Below are positions 38,151 through 47,998 of a stretch of DNA of 64,000 nucleotides, piece by piece. The translations under genes and the position numbers were made by a program. Position 1 is the first letter of the stretch; each line of letters opens with the position of its first letter. This DNA is from an uncultured virus (IMG/VR IMGVR_UViG_3300044731_002410) (Duplodnaviria > Heunggongvirae > Uroviricota > Caudoviricetes): the IMG/VR virus record IMGVR_UViG_3300044731_002410; one strand, written 5' to 3'. A model generated the notes under the pieces. The model saw nothing but the letters and a program-made list of their open reading frames with translations, was not told the origin of the DNA and did not search any database.

Positions 38151-39269
38151 TTATCGATTGGCCGCTGCAGTGTCGAGTGAGAAAAGCCCAAAGTCCTGTG
38201 CCCCAACGCCATCGTGGGTGAAGGTGACTTTCTTAATCCCAAAGATTGAGCTCGTGGTGATCACGACCTTATCGCCGTTATCACGCGTCTCCTCATGCCA
38301 ATCAAAACGCATGTTGGTGCCTGGCGAACCAAAGGCAACGACGGCTGCCTGCGAACCCATAAAAAGTGCTCGGGCCGCTTCAACATTGCCTGCAGCACCG
38401 GCATTACCAAAGCGAATGACGTTGCGATGCGAATGCAAAATCACACCGCGATACATACCCAACGAACCCTTAAAGAGCGGATTATTTTTACCCTCAGCAG
38501 CAGCGGCCGCCTTTTGAATATCGAGCCACTGACCGGTTTGCACATTGGCTCTTAGGTCATCTTCTTGAAAGGTATGCATCACACACACAAAGGTTTCATG
38601 CCCATCGATCTTGCAAGGCTGTAACACTGGAATGTTGGTTGCGCCCCCGCCTTGGCTATCTGCTTTGGTCTTTGCTCGGTCGATTAAGCGCAGATCAAAG
38701 GTATCGGCAGCATCAAGATTGGCAAAGCTTGTGGCATCACCCCCGTAAAGCGCATGCTGCGCATCGGGTGAAACAAGACCGTTATTGGCCCGTCCCGCAT
38801 AGCCAAGTGGAAGGAGAAAATTAGGGTTCACACCGCGTGCACCCGATAAATAGATGAAAAGCAACTCATCCATCAAACGCGCCCACCAGCTTGATTGCTG
38901 CCGCTTGGCTTTCTCGCGAAGATCATGAAGCGTTCGCTTTCGCGTCATCCGCCCGCCGGTATTCACACCGCACCGTGCCTGATCGATGTAAATCGTATCG
39001 GTATAGAACTTTTGACCTTCTTCTTTACCCTCAAGAATGTCTTCGCCTTCAACCGGTGCCATTTTGAGCTCAGCGAGTAAGTCATAGCTGATTTGCTCCC
39101 CCGCATCCGATTCAAGATCGGTGAGGATTTGAATCGGTACCTCGGCTTCTGCGCCACGCGCCATAAAGCGCTGGTTAAAGTAACTTTTATGCGAGGTGTC
39201 GTAGGCCAACATCCCACTCCACTTCTTAATCGCTTTGGCGTCATTCACACCAATGATCGTTCGCGCCAT
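38151..39269 (-). CDS. Major capsid protein, N4-gp56/DUF4043 family
   Basis: DLESDAGEQISYDL, EGEDILEGKEE, IDQAR..V..GG.MT.KRT.HDLR, NPLFKGSLG, ALFMGSQA, QDFG. Confidence 0.9.
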   Translation of the reverse strand: MARTIIGVNDAKAIKKWSGMLAYDTSHKSYFNQRFMARGAEAEVPIQILTDLESDAGEQISYDLLAELKMAPVEGEDILEGKEEGQKFYTDTIYIDQARCGVNTGGRMTRKRTLHDLREKAKRQQSSWWARLMDELLFIYLSGARGVNPNFLLPLGYAGRANNGLVSPDAQHALYGGDATSFANLDAADTFDLRLIDRAKTKADSQGGGATNIPVLQPCKIDGHETFVCVMHTFQEDDLRANVQTGQWLDIQKAAAAAEGKNNPLFKGSLGMYRGVILHSHRNVIRFGNAGAAGNVEAARALFMGSQAAVVAFGSPGTNMRFDWHEETRDNGDKVVITTSSIFGIKKVTFTHDGVGAQDFGLFSLDTAAANR

Positions 39270-39351
39270 GCTCACTCCCCATGTAAGGCGACTCATTAAG
39301 GCTTCACGAGAGCACGTGCGCTTCGTGAACTAATTACTATGGGAGCTAGCC

Positions 39352-39363
39352 TGCCATGCTTGG
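39352..39363 (-). promoter_or_regulatory. 12-bp motif copy upstream of the capsid gene
   Basis: Exact tgccatgcttgg. Confidence 0.7.
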
Positions 39364-39497
39364 CGGGGGGTTGTACTGGTGACGCGTACTAGTGATTTTG
39401 TTTGAGAAAAAGACCTTACTTTTCCCTTTGAAACTTCAATGTTGAGCCCGTCGTTACTTATGCTCAAGCAGCGCTTCTCAAACCTTGCGGATAACTT

Positions 39498-39695
39498 ATG
39501 AAGATTCGGGATTTATTCCACGCCTTTCGCCACCCTGAACGCGAATCCCGTTGCCACGAGCTACATGACCACGACAGAGAGGCGCTAGCAAAGCGGGTCG
39601 AGCAATTGCTGGAAACTCGTCTTAATGCGAGTGATTTACTGCCCCCGTCACATGCCATGCCAACACAACCGACCCGCGCTGCAGAGCGATCATAG
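39498..39695 (+). CDS. Small hypothetical protein (cargo)
   Basis: ORF only. Confidence 0.35.
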   Translation: MKIRDLFHAFRHPERESRCHELHDHDREALAKRVEQLLETRLNASDLLPPSHAMPTQPTRAAERS

Positions 39696-39744
39696 GTGTT
39701 ACTCGTTGAACTAACCTTAAGTCGTTAGGCAAGTTTTTTTAGTC

Positions 39745-39945
39745 TCAGGCAGGAAAACCGGCCCAAGCAAAGACAACGCCGGTAGATATGCAAAGGGCGT
39801 ATTGCCCCCAACGACGTGTCTGCTTAAGGTGTTGATTCAACGCTTTGCCAATTGGATCTGAGGATTTCATCTCAATCGATCCAAAGGTAACCGCAAGTAG
39901 CGCAAAGACGCTCGAGCAAATCAACAGGGTCTCCATGATTGACAT
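39745..39945 (-). CDS. Small 2-TM membrane protein (cargo)
   Basis: Two hydrophobic segments. Confidence 0.45.
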   Translation of the reverse strand: MSIMETLLICSSVFALLAVTFGSIEMKSSDPIGKALNQHLKQTRRWGQYALCISTGVVFAWAGFPA

Positions 39946-40066
39946 AGCGATTCCAAGTTGAAAATGTAATGGTTAAATGGGGGCAAACCATTCACGGGGT
40001 TGCGCCCATTTCTTCGGGATTAATACCACGCCAGACTTCAATGAGCGTGGTGTTTTATCGCTATCC

Positions 40067-40312
40067 CTAGACCTCTGATCGTGCTTTGGCGGCGTAAAAG
40101 TCTTCCGCAAGCCTGTGATCACGTTCCAGCAACGCCCGATAAACACTGACCTGATAGCGTGCAAGCCTTGCCATTGCCGCGCGCTCTTGAGCAGCGAGCA
40201 TAGAGGCATAAACATGGGCGAAAAATTGACCGATGCGCGTTATACGTTCTAGTCCAAAGTGAGTCGAACCTACGTTGATCGGTGCACTGGGTTGAAACGG
40301 TATGGTTGCCAT
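40067..40312 (-). CDS. Small hypothetical protein (cargo)
   Basis: ORF with plausible RBS and helical composition. Confidence 0.5.
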   Translation of the reverse strand: MATIPFQPSAPINVGSTHFGLERITRIGQFFAHVYASMLAAQERAAMARLARYQVSVYRALLERDHRLAEDFYAAKARSEV

Positions 40313-40576
40313 GGTTGATACGTCCGTGTGTGTTTCGAAGAGGAGGAAAGGTCTGTGTGCCTTTGTGGAGAGAGAATATGGGCGTTAGACTATAAAATCC
40401 AATGATCATTTGAAATGGTTGGTATTGGCTTTGTGAATAGACACGCAGACCCGTAGCGTCTTGACATATTGAAGCGGCGTCTCAGGACCTCGAGACGCAA
40501 GTGCGCTGCGGACCCACAAAGAAGCTAAACAAAAAGTGGCTAACGTCCGCCGACTTTTTGCACCGTTATCCTCTAC

Positions 40577-40777
40577 ATGGATGACTTCACCGATGCTTTG
40601 ATCGTAGCCTTACGCGCTGGGGCTGACGATCCCGATCGCGGCGCTATGGGTTCGCGCATGAAAGCGCTTGTGGGCGAGTTAACCAAGAAAGAAGGATCAA
40701 AGGCTAACAAGGCCATAGCGTCCAAAGAACTCAGCAAACTGCGGGAAGCATATAAGCAACGGCTACTACAAACTTAG
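40577..40777 (+). CDS. Small basic hypothetical protein
   Basis: ORF only. Confidence 0.4.
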   Translation: MDDFTDALIVALRAGADDPDRGAMGSRMKALVGELTKKEGSKANKAIASKELSKLREAYKQRLLQT

Positions 40778-40800
40778 GCCTTGTGGATATCCGGTACACA

Positions 40801-41058
40801 TTAAAGAACAAACATCCAAACAAATAGCCAAAAGATACAAAGCAAAAAGACGATGAGCCCGACATCGCCAATGATCTTTAGTTCGCGAGTGTAGTCATCA
40901 AGCGCTTGCGGTGACCAACTGTCACGAGTTGCTTTGGGAATTTCGCGCTTTGCAATCCACAGCGCATAGCCACTGAGTAGCAGTGTCAGGCCCCAGAGGC
41001 TCCAACCAAGCGATCTCATTTTGGCTCCGATTCGCCGCGCCCATAAATTGGGCAGCAA
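40801..41058 (-). CDS. Small membrane protein, possibly frameshifted with 40922-41119
   Basis: Two TM segments; an overlapping upstream ORF carries another hydrophobic segment. Confidence 0.4.
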   Translation of the reverse strand: MLPNLWARRIGAKMRSLGWSLWGLTLLLSGYALWIAKREIPKATRDSWSPQALDDYTRELKIIGDVGLIVFLLCIFWLFVWMFVL

Positions 41059-41283
41059 CTAAAGCAAGAATGCTTAAGCTGCCGTGAATGGCGATAGGGT
41101 ATCTTGGCAGGTATTTCACAGGAAGTCCAAGGATTATTTGTATGTGATCAAGTCATACACAGCGACAAATTGATCTCTAGAGTTTCCTTACATCGGTTCA
41201 TGACAATGAATCATCGCATTTGCGACAAATTGTTTTAGTTGACGATAAAAAGCGATGCCAACTATGTAGGCTAAGCCTGTGCA

Positions 41284-41586
41284 TTAAATCATCACCACCA
41301 CCCAACCCTGCAACACATACTGCGCTTGATGGCCTACCGTAAGACGCTCAAAACCACGCAACTGCATGCTTTGAGGCCCGATGAGATAAAGCTGCACATC
41401 AAAGAGTTCGATAAGCGCAGGCCCAACATGATCATTGGGGTCTCGAAGCGTTGCCACCATATACATCCCACGCTTGCTTGTCAGCATGTGAGTAATCAGC
41501 TGACCTGAGAGCTCTCCAAGCGGATGAGCTCGGTTTCCTTGAAGGCTCACGCCGTGATGATGGGTAAGGATGACTTTTGCGCGCAT
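41284..41586 (-). CDS. Hypothetical protein, probably SOS-regulated
   Basis: LFDVQL...MQLRGFE...QGW; LexA-like box abuts the start. Confidence 0.6.
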   Translation of the reverse strand: MRAKVILTHHHGVSLQGNRAHPLGELSGQLITHMLTSKRGMYMVATLRDPNDHVGPALIELFDVQLYLIGPQSMQLRGFERLTVGHQAQYVLQGWVVVMI

Positions 41587-41588
41587 AA

Positions 41589-41604
41589 CTGTGTTTTTAA
41601 CCAG
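41589..41604. promoter_or_regulatory. LexA (SOS) box
   Basis: CTGTGTTTTTAACCAG = CTG-N10-CAG, 2 bp from the ATG at 41586. Confidence 0.7.
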
Positions 41605-41625
41605 TAGTATAGCGCGACACGTTTT

Positions 41626-41841
41626 TCAGATGGCTTGCGGCTCCGAGTGCTTGTGAATCGCAATGGCGCCTGGCGCCCGAATCTGAAGTCGTGCCTTGGT
41701 ACCGATCTTCTTAAGCAAGGTGTTCACTGCAATTGGCGCATCAGCTATGCCCACACGAATCGATTCACCAACCCGCAATTCAAGCAAAAGACTTTGAAGC
41801 TGATGAGCGCTTAGCTCATGCCGCACGCAAAAAGCGCTCAC
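41626..41841 (-). CDS. CsrA-like protein (start uncertain)
   Basis: LLLELRVGESIRVG...G.KARLQIRAP..IAIH resembles the CsrA/RsmA fold. Confidence 0.65.
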   Translation of the reverse strand: MSAFCVRHELSAHQLQSLLLELRVGESIRVGIADAPIAVNTLLKKIGTKARLQIRAPGAIAIHKHSEPQAI

Positions 41842-42802
41842 GCTCAGTGGGGCTCATGCGAGCGATTGCTTGCTCATAAGCTAAACCCTCTAAGGCCAAG
41901 ACGTCCGCAAATTCGCCATCCACATCACCTGGCCCCTCACCACCTGGCACCATAGCAAGGGTTTTAGGCGCAATATCCAGGGGCGGCTTACGATCGATGG
42001 GCTTGCGATCCATAGCCTTCATCACTGGTTTGGCCTCAGCCGAGCTTTCAGCATCTGACGTCTTTGCTGCTGCTGACATACCGTGTAGCGCTAAGACCCG
42101 TTTATGCGCCTCTTCTAAAAACCAATCCATGCTCTGATGAGCGTATTCATTGCGTGCTGCAAGACTTCTCACAAAGCCATCAAGATCGCTCCACTTTTCA
42201 GTGTCTTTGCGATAGTCAATGCCACCTGCAGCTTCGCTAAGTCTTGCGGTTGAATCCATAAATTGATTTACGGCATGGGTCCAGAGTTGCTCAGCGGTTT
42301 GTGCATTCATCTCCTGGCTGATTTCAGCCTTAGTCCGCGCAATGGTTAGCAGCTCCCGCTCACTTTGTAGAGCTGCCCGTGCAACGTCAAAGTCATCAAA
42401 CTCAAGCTCACCTGCTTTGAACTGGCGCTTGAGTTCTGCCTCTTTGTCCGAAAGCGATTTGACCTGAGCATCAAAATCTTCGGGAAGCTTTGAGTCATAG
42501 CGCGGTATGGGTTGGCTGCGTGGCTGCGATGGATCAGTGTCAGGCGCTGCAACTTCTGCCTGCGAACTTTCATCCCTTGGCTTCTCAGTATCTGAGGCTT
42601 GCTCAGAATTTGTATCGACCGGACTTGCTCCGTCTGAGTCTGCTTCTGATGCTGACTCAGTCCTAACGACTTCTTCACTTTTCGCCTCATCAACGGGCCG
42701 ATCGCTCGAGTCCACAGACTCAGTGGACGTGCCGTCTCCGTTCATCGCGTCACGCTCTTCTTGCGTGAGCGTTGCCATTAAGCCTTCATCGAGCGTACTC
42801 AT
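41816..42802 (-). CDS. Capsid scaffolding protein
   Basis: Acidic N-terminus, coiled coil, C-terminal YEQAIARMSPTERERFL. Confidence 0.7.
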   Translation of the reverse strand: MSTLDEGLMATLTQEERDAMNGDGTSTESVDSSDRPVDEAKSEEVVRTESASEADSDGASPVDTNSEQASDTEKPRDESSQAEVAAPDTDPSQPRSQPIPRYDSKLPEDFDAQVKSLSDKEAELKRQFKAGELEFDDFDVARAALQSERELLTIARTKAEISQEMNAQTAEQLWTHAVNQFMDSTARLSEAAGGIDYRKDTEKWSDLDGFVRSLAARNEYAHQSMDWFLEEAHKRVLALHGMSAAAKTSDAESSAEAKPVMKAMDRKPIDRKPPLDIAPKTLAMVPGGEGPGDVDGEFADVLALEGLAYEQAIARMSPTERERFLRAA

Positions 42803-42839
42803 GCGTGCATCCTCGGGGGTTGATTCATACCCAGCAAGG

Positions 42840-42851
42840 TGCCATGCTTGG
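42840..42851 (-). promoter_or_regulatory. 12-bp motif copy upstream of the scaffold gene
   Basis: Exact tgccatgcttgg ~38 bp upstream of the ATG at 42802. Confidence 0.7.
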
Positions 42852-42878
42852 TCAAACATGGCTTCATACAGATATTTG

Positions 42879-43274
42879 TTACGTTCTATGTTTAGTTTTA
42901 GTTTGAGTGGCCTGCGCTCCAGAGCCCTCCACGATAGCGAGGATTTCGCTTAGTTTCCAAAGCGTAGACCTCCCGAACTTCGCGGGAGGCGGAAACCTGC
43001 CGTCATTTACTCCTTTGAGCCATGTCGACCTGGATATGGGCAATATGCTGTTTTGATTACGAGGTGTGCGGCAGATTTCGCTTACCCTAACCCAGACCCT
43101 TTCATCTCGCACTGGATTAGGCTTTTCGTGTTGCACGGGGAGTTCTTTGGTAATCGTTTGTAATCGACGAGTTTCTCGAAAGAGCGATGCCTCCTTTCTA
43201 ATGAGCAAATCGAGAAGCTCTAGAAGTTCTTTATGAATGCGCTTAAGGTGCGCAATTTCTGATGCCAAGTCCAT
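42879..43274 (-). CDS. AlpA/excisionase-like regulator with N-terminal coiled coil
   Basis: PISRSTWLKGVNDGRFPPP.K.G...LWK.SEI. Confidence 0.75.
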   Translation of the reverse strand: MDLASEIAHLKRIHKELLELLDLLIRKEASLFRETRRLQTITKELPVQHEKPNPVRDERVWVRVSEICRTPRNQNSILPISRSTWLKGVNDGRFPPPAKFGRSTLWKLSEILAIVEGSGAQATQTKTKHRT

Positions 43275-43375
43275 GTTGTAAGCCGCCCGTTTGAAGTCTG
43301 TGGGGATTAAAGCCTAGCAACAACTGCGCTTCGGGCATATTTCCTATTGCGACAAATCTTCTACTCAATAGGTAT

Positions 43376-43888
43376 CTAAGGCTTGCCATCGACAGCAATG
43401 CTGAAAGCTTCCAACCTCACCGCCAACTCATCACCTCGTTGCTGACCCTCTGCAACCAGGCTTGCGCCTTCTGCGAGTAGTGCTGCCAGGCGGTCACGCT
43501 CTCCTCGGACATCACCACAGCCGGCATTGGCATCTGCGGTATTGGCTCGCACATCGGTGTCGCTAAGTGCCGAGAGCTTGTTGCGCAGGCGTTCAAGATC
43601 ATCGCGAGAAGCAGCGGCGCGCTCACGCGCAAGTGCCAAGGCACGTTGGGTTTCATGATCGATCCTTTTGTGTTTATCTATTTGTGCTTGCATGAGCTTT
43701 GCACTCATGGCTCGAGCCTGCTCCTTAGCTTTAAGCTCCTGTACTTGTGCTTCTTTTGCTGCCGCTTGAAAGCCGGCTTGGTAAATGCGCTGTGCGCCAA
43801 AAAGTAGCCCTAGCGATAAGGCAACAACGAGCCCAACTTTGATGAGCGTGCCCGCAAGCAGTAAAAGGAAAGCAGCGGGTGGCCCCAT
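43376..43888 (-). CDS. i-spanin (Rz-like)
   Basis: N-terminal TM, periplasmic coiled coil, after the endolysin. Confidence 0.7.
   Translation of the reverse strand: MGPPAAFLLLLAGTLIKVGLVVALSLGLLFGAQRIYQAGFQAAAKEAQVQELKAKEQARAMSAKLMQAQIDKHKRIDHETQRALALARERAAASRDDLERLRNKLSALSDTDVRANTADANAGCGDVRGERDRLAALLAEGASLVAEGQQRGDELAVRLEAFSIAVDGKP
43417..43656 (-). CDS. o-spanin (Rz1-like) lipoprotein embedded in the i-spanin
   Basis: LLLAMILNA-C lipobox and Pro-rich segment in an alternate frame. Confidence 0.7.
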   Translation of the reverse strand: MKPNVPWHLRVSAPLLLAMILNACATSSRHLATPMCEPIPQMPMPAVVMSEESVTAWQHYSQKAQAWLQRVSNEVMSWR

Positions 43889-43889
43889 C

Positions 43890-44111
43890 TCAATACCGGC
43901 AAAAGGCAGCATGACGAGCGTTAAGCGAGACGCTCAAATCTTGCAAAGTGTAAATCTCACTTGACGGTGGATGTACTGCGTTCGCATCCGTGTTACCTTG
44001 AAATCTCAGAAGATCAGGCGATCTTTTGATTTCACGGTCTCCATCGTTAAGGTGGTTAAGCTCAGCCTCGCAGCTGGGCTTTCTTTTTTTCAGAGACTGC
44101 TGATTCATCAC
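43890..44111 (-). CDS. Hypothetical protein
   Basis: Coupled to the endolysin stop. Confidence 0.35.
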   Translation of the reverse strand: MMNQQSLKKRKPSCEAELNHLNDGDREIKRSPDLLRFQGNTDANAVHPPSSEIYTLQDLSVSLNARHAAFCRY

Positions 44112-44608
44112 AATTGCCCCTCACACCGTGCTCGCTGCCTTGCGCGTCTTAAAACGAGCCCTGAGCACTTGTTTTCAGCAAGCCGACAGTCTTTACCTTG
44201 AAAGTAAGTCCAGCGCTCAAATTGCGCACAGGCCTTTTCATAGTCTGATGCGTTTAAAAGCTTAACCATCGTCGAGGTGCAAAAGGCTTTGCCGCCCACG
44301 TTATAAGCATGCTCAAGATAGGCGTCATATTCGTGCTGATGTAGCGGTACATGCACGCAAGCTTTAAGCGCTGTATCAAAGCGTTCAATGTCCCTTAATG
44401 CGCGCTCAAGGGCTTTGGATGGCGTTGTTCTATCACCTAAACGCACTGCACTCCCATCGGCCTTGGTGGTTGATCCAAAACCTATCGTTGGCCGATCACC
44501 GGGCATAGGAACAATAGCCTGATCGCTATAGCCTTCATGTAAAGCGATTGAAACAAGCCCTGCAGCAGAAAGGCTAAGCGCTGCAACGGCCACTCGGGTG
44601 TTCTTCAC
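44108..44608 (-). CDS. SAR-type endolysin (GH24 lysozyme)
   Basis: N-terminal VAVAALSLSAAGLVSI; HEG...D.PTIGFG triad; GLVLRR. Confidence 0.9.
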   Translation of the reverse strand: MKNTRVAVAALSLSAAGLVSIALHEGYSDQAIVPMPGDRPTIGFGSTTKADGSAVRLGDRTTPSKALERALRDIERFDTALKACVHVPLHQHEYDAYLEHAYNVGGKAFCTSTMVKLLNASDYEKACAQFERWTYFQGKDCRLAENKCSGLVLRRARQRARCEGQL

Positions 44609-44829
44609 AACAGTTCATCACCATTGGCTTGAGATGCTCGAGCGTTATGGTTTGCCGTGTGCATCTGCCACCAGCGATAAAGCAAAAAACCAATTTGAAG
44701 CACCAGGTACAAAAGCGTTGCCCAAAGAATCAGATCGTTCAGTGGCACGCCTGCAATCGTGGCGCCGGCAACGGTTACGGGCGGTGCAGCACGAAGCGCT
44801 TCGGCCGTAAATTCAGATCGCTGGCTCAT
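44605..44829 (-). CDS. Holin
   Basis: AAPPVTV.G....G..LND...ATLLYLVLQIG; immediately upstream of the endolysin. Confidence 0.75.
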   Translation of the reverse strand: MSQRSEFTAEALRAAPPVTVAGATIAGVPLNDLILWATLLYLVLQIGFLLYRWWQMHTANHNARASQANGDELL

Positions 44830-47291
44830 GATGATGTCTTTTGTTGTGGTGATGTCTTTTGCTGTGGCTTAGGCTTAGGCTTTGCCTTTTCCGCTTTGGG
44901 CTTTTCTTGCGCTTTCTCGCCGTGTCCGCCCTCACCTTCTTTCAGCCGCTCAGAAAGCTCATCAAGTTGCGCTTGAAGCTTGGCAAGCTTTTCGTCTGAT
45001 ACCGCTTGAATCTGCGCAACACGCTCCTTGGAATCTGCATCAATGCGCGCGACTTCAAGTTTGGTGTTGGCATCTTCTCGAATCTGTAGCGTTCGACTGG
45101 CAAGATCCATTTGCGCTTTACGTAATGCCTCTGATACGCGATCAATCTCAGTGGCAGCTTCTGCCTTTATGGTTTCGATGTCTTGCATGAGCGCCTCTTC
45201 GCGCATCGCTACTTGCTGCGCATCGAGACCTTGTGCTTGCAGGGTTGCCCCCATCGCTGCTACTTCGGCTTCAAGCTTTGCCGCTTTGGCATTGGTCTCA
45301 CGCACCTTGGCGCGTTGCTCATCAAGTGCAGCAAGCGCCATCTGACGCTGTAACTCGAGAGCCTGGGCTTGTTGCATGGCCTGCGCTTGGGCTTGTGCTT
45401 CTTCCTCAGCACTCGGGGGCTTACTTGGGTCGCGTTCGCCCGTGAGCTTTCTAAACTGATTGGCGATCTCATCCTTATTGGGAAGATCAGAAAAGTCCAT
45501 GGCAATGGTCATCACCCGTAGACCAATCTCTGGTGGAAAGCGTGCGGCAAGCTGATTTAAGTTTTCAAACATCACCTGACGCAACGTGCCTGCGTAGTCT
45601 TGCTCACTCACCACAAAATCAGCCATCGAGGCTGTGATGTCATTCAGTACGCGCACCGAACCATCGGCTTGCACTTCAGGGGTGTTGACCTTGACCCATT
45701 CGATGGCGTTCTTGGCACCCGTAAGGCGTATGACTTTGGCATCGGTGTACCACTGCTCAATAAGGCTTAGCTGCTTTTCACCTTGCACTTGGGTGGCTAA
45801 GCGCAAATTATCAAAGGGCTCAGTGGTCACCACACTACCCTGCAGTTGCCTTGCTTTGATGGCCTCACCCGATACGGCATTGGTTTGCCTGCCCATATTC
45901 TCTTGGGCAACACCCGCCGATTTTTGAATCGACGTTGCCGCAAGCTGCATCATCTCGATTTGCCCATTGGCAGCTTCGGTATCGCGCCTGATTTCAAGCT
46001 CACGGCCAGGCTTTTTAATGATCACCCCGTCGGGGCGATCCACTTCATCGCGCATCACATCCCAGTCATCGACTGCACCCTCATCGGCAATGACTTGGTT
46101 GGTGTTAAGCATAAAGAGCGCCTTCGAAGCGCGCTTATTTAAGTCTTGCTGCACATCGCGCACACGCCGAATAACGCCATAGGGCAGACGATCACGGCTT
46201 TTGCGATAGCACCAAATCGGCGTTAACGTGAAGCGGTTGTGCCGATAAGGGCTTACCTGGTGGGCTAAGAGCTTTGATGGGGTGAAAACGGCCAGATGCA
46301 CGCGCATCATGACGCGTTCTATAATGTGGCAGCTGGCCAGATCGAGTGTGTGTTGTAGGACGGTATCGCGTGGGTGAAGGATTGAACCTTTCCACGGGCC
46401 TTCGGCAACCACCTTGACCTTGGCGGGCGCCCGGTACTGGGCTTCAATGAGTTTTATGCGCCGTCTTTTGGCATCGGCTAACTCCCCCACCCCTAAAGCG
46501 TAGAGCGTTCCAGATCGCACATGCGATGGATCCTGCTGGCTTTGCCAGTTTTCTTCTTCCCAGCCATCGCTATCTGAGTGCGCAGCCTCTTCAATCGCTT
46601 GCGCAATCACATCGCTTCGGTCTGGGAACATCAAGCGCGCGACATCCTCATCCACCCAGCGCCAGCGAAACAAATACCTGGCGTCTGACAAATCAAGCTC
46701 ATCACTTGAAGCATCCCAAAGCACATGGCGCCAGTCTTCGTAGCGCGAATACAAAATATCTTGCGTGGGGTCATCACGTGCCCCATCGTCCATCCAACCC
46801 ACACCGGCCTTAATCGCATCGGCAAATGCCCTTGAGCGCAAAAAGCTCACCCGGTTGATGTCTGAGACGTACTTTAAAAGCTTCGTTTTAACGTCAGCCG
46901 CTTCAACATCGTCCTCGGACCTAGGCAACACCCGCCAATCCACGCGTGAGCGGCGCTCAGTACCGATAAGCCAATCAACCATGGGTGCCACTTCGTTATA
47001 AACCAGTGGCATTTGGCCGCGATCACGCAAAATCGCTGCATCTTGCGCATCCCATTGCAAGTTATCGTAAAAATCACAATCCATGGCCATCTCGAGCCGA
47101 TTGGCAGCCTGGCGCTCTTTTTCAAAGTAATACCACTGCAAGAGCTGCCGCAAGATGGCCCGCGAGCCTTCCGATTCAAGCGGATGACTTGATGGTGCTG
47201 TTTCAAGCCGATCAGACGAAGCGCTAAGGGCTTGAAAGTACGCGTCACCCGATGCCCGACCTCGCCTTGGACGAACAGCAAACTCAGCCAT
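44826..47291 (-). CDS. Portal protein (P22-like)
   Basis: DFYDNLQW, YGVIRRVRDVQQDLNKR.SK, AVSGEAIKARQ.QG, DLPNKDEI, long C-terminal coil. Confidence 0.88.
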   Translation of the reverse strand: MAEFAVRPRRGRASGDAYFQALSASSDRLETAPSSHPLESEGSRAILRQLLQWYYFEKERQAANRLEMAMDCDFYDNLQWDAQDAAILRDRGQMPLVYNEVAPMVDWLIGTERRSRVDWRVLPRSEDDVEAADVKTKLLKYVSDINRVSFLRSRAFADAIKAGVGWMDDGARDDPTQDILYSRYEDWRHVLWDASSDELDLSDARYLFRWRWVDEDVARLMFPDRSDVIAQAIEEAAHSDSDGWEEENWQSQQDPSHVRSGTLYALGVGELADAKRRRIKLIEAQYRAPAKVKVVAEGPWKGSILHPRDTVLQHTLDLASCHIIERVMMRVHLAVFTPSKLLAHQVSPYRHNRFTLTPIWCYRKSRDRLPYGVIRRVRDVQQDLNKRASKALFMLNTNQVIADEGAVDDWDVMRDEVDRPDGVIIKKPGRELEIRRDTEAANGQIEMMQLAATSIQKSAGVAQENMGRQTNAVSGEAIKARQLQGSVVTTEPFDNLRLATQVQGEKQLSLIEQWYTDAKVIRLTGAKNAIEWVKVNTPEVQADGSVRVLNDITASMADFVVSEQDYAGTLRQVMFENLNQLAARFPPEIGLRVMTIAMDFSDLPNKDEIANQFRKLTGERDPSKPPSAEEEAQAQAQAMQQAQALELQRQMALAALDEQRAKVRETNAKAAKLEAEVAAMGATLQAQGLDAQQVAMREEALMQDIETIKAEAATEIDRVSEALRKAQMDLASRTLQIREDANTKLEVARIDADSKERVAQIQAVSDEKLAKLQAQLDELSERLKEGEGGHGEKAQEKPKAEKAKPKPKPQQKTSPQQKTSS

Positions 47292-47697
47292 AGCTTGCGC
47301 CTTGTTGCTCTTGGCGAATATCGGTCTGAGCAATCAGCTCGCCATCAGCGCGCAACTGCACCTCGCCAACACTTGGACCAAACGCTGGTGTGGGTGCTGA
47401 AGGCATGCGAATGAGATCACCAAGGCCCTCATGAATGATGCTGGCAATCCGAACCCAATTGCGCTTTGAAGGCTCAACACCTAAAACCTCGCAGGCCTTA
47501 ACGCACTGCGCAGCTAGCACGCTTGCATCGTCATAGCGATACGCAGCCGACTCACAAACAACGAACCAGGCAGCGTTTTTACGACGCGCAGGCAAGAGCA
47601 CAAGCGCTCGCTCATCATTCACCCAGGTGTAGATGGCCAGCAAATCGCCATGTCGGCGCACCTTATGCGCTTTGCGAAGATCGAGGGATACGGGCAT
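47284..47697 (-). CDS. Conserved phage hypothetical protein upstream of portal
   Basis: TWVNDERALVL.P...I..GL.DLI.MP; overlaps the portal start. Confidence 0.6.
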   Translation of the reverse strand: MPVSLDLRKAHKVRRHGDLLAIYTWVNDERALVLLPARRKNAAWFVVCESAAYRYDDASVLAAQCVKACEVLGVEPSKRNWVRIASIIHEGLGDLIRMPSAPTPAFGPSVGEVQLRADGELIAQTDIRQEQQGASYG

Positions 47698-47731
47698 GGT
47701 TCTTGACAGTCTTTACGGTTGACTGCGAAGG

Positions 47732-47743
47732 TGCCATGCTTGT
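47732..47743 (-). promoter_or_regulatory. 12-bp motif copy (1 mismatch)
   Basis: tgccatgcttgt ~35 bp upstream of the 47697 start. Confidence 0.6.
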
Positions 47744-47998
47744 CGCGCACTTAATGCAAGCCCCGTGGGACTGCTAAAAGAAGCGACCGAGAAAAGTTAG
47801 ACAATCTAAAACCTTGATACCATGACAGTCAAGTATTCAAACCGCCACTGCAATAACTATGCATCGCAAGACCATGCTTAAGCAAGAGATCCTGAGGGCG
47901 CTCGCATCGATCGAAGGGCTACGGCCGTTGAGGCATCTTCGGTGCCCAGGCTTACAAACCCTGACTCCGCGGGCAGCTTAGCTAGAACGTTAGGTAGC

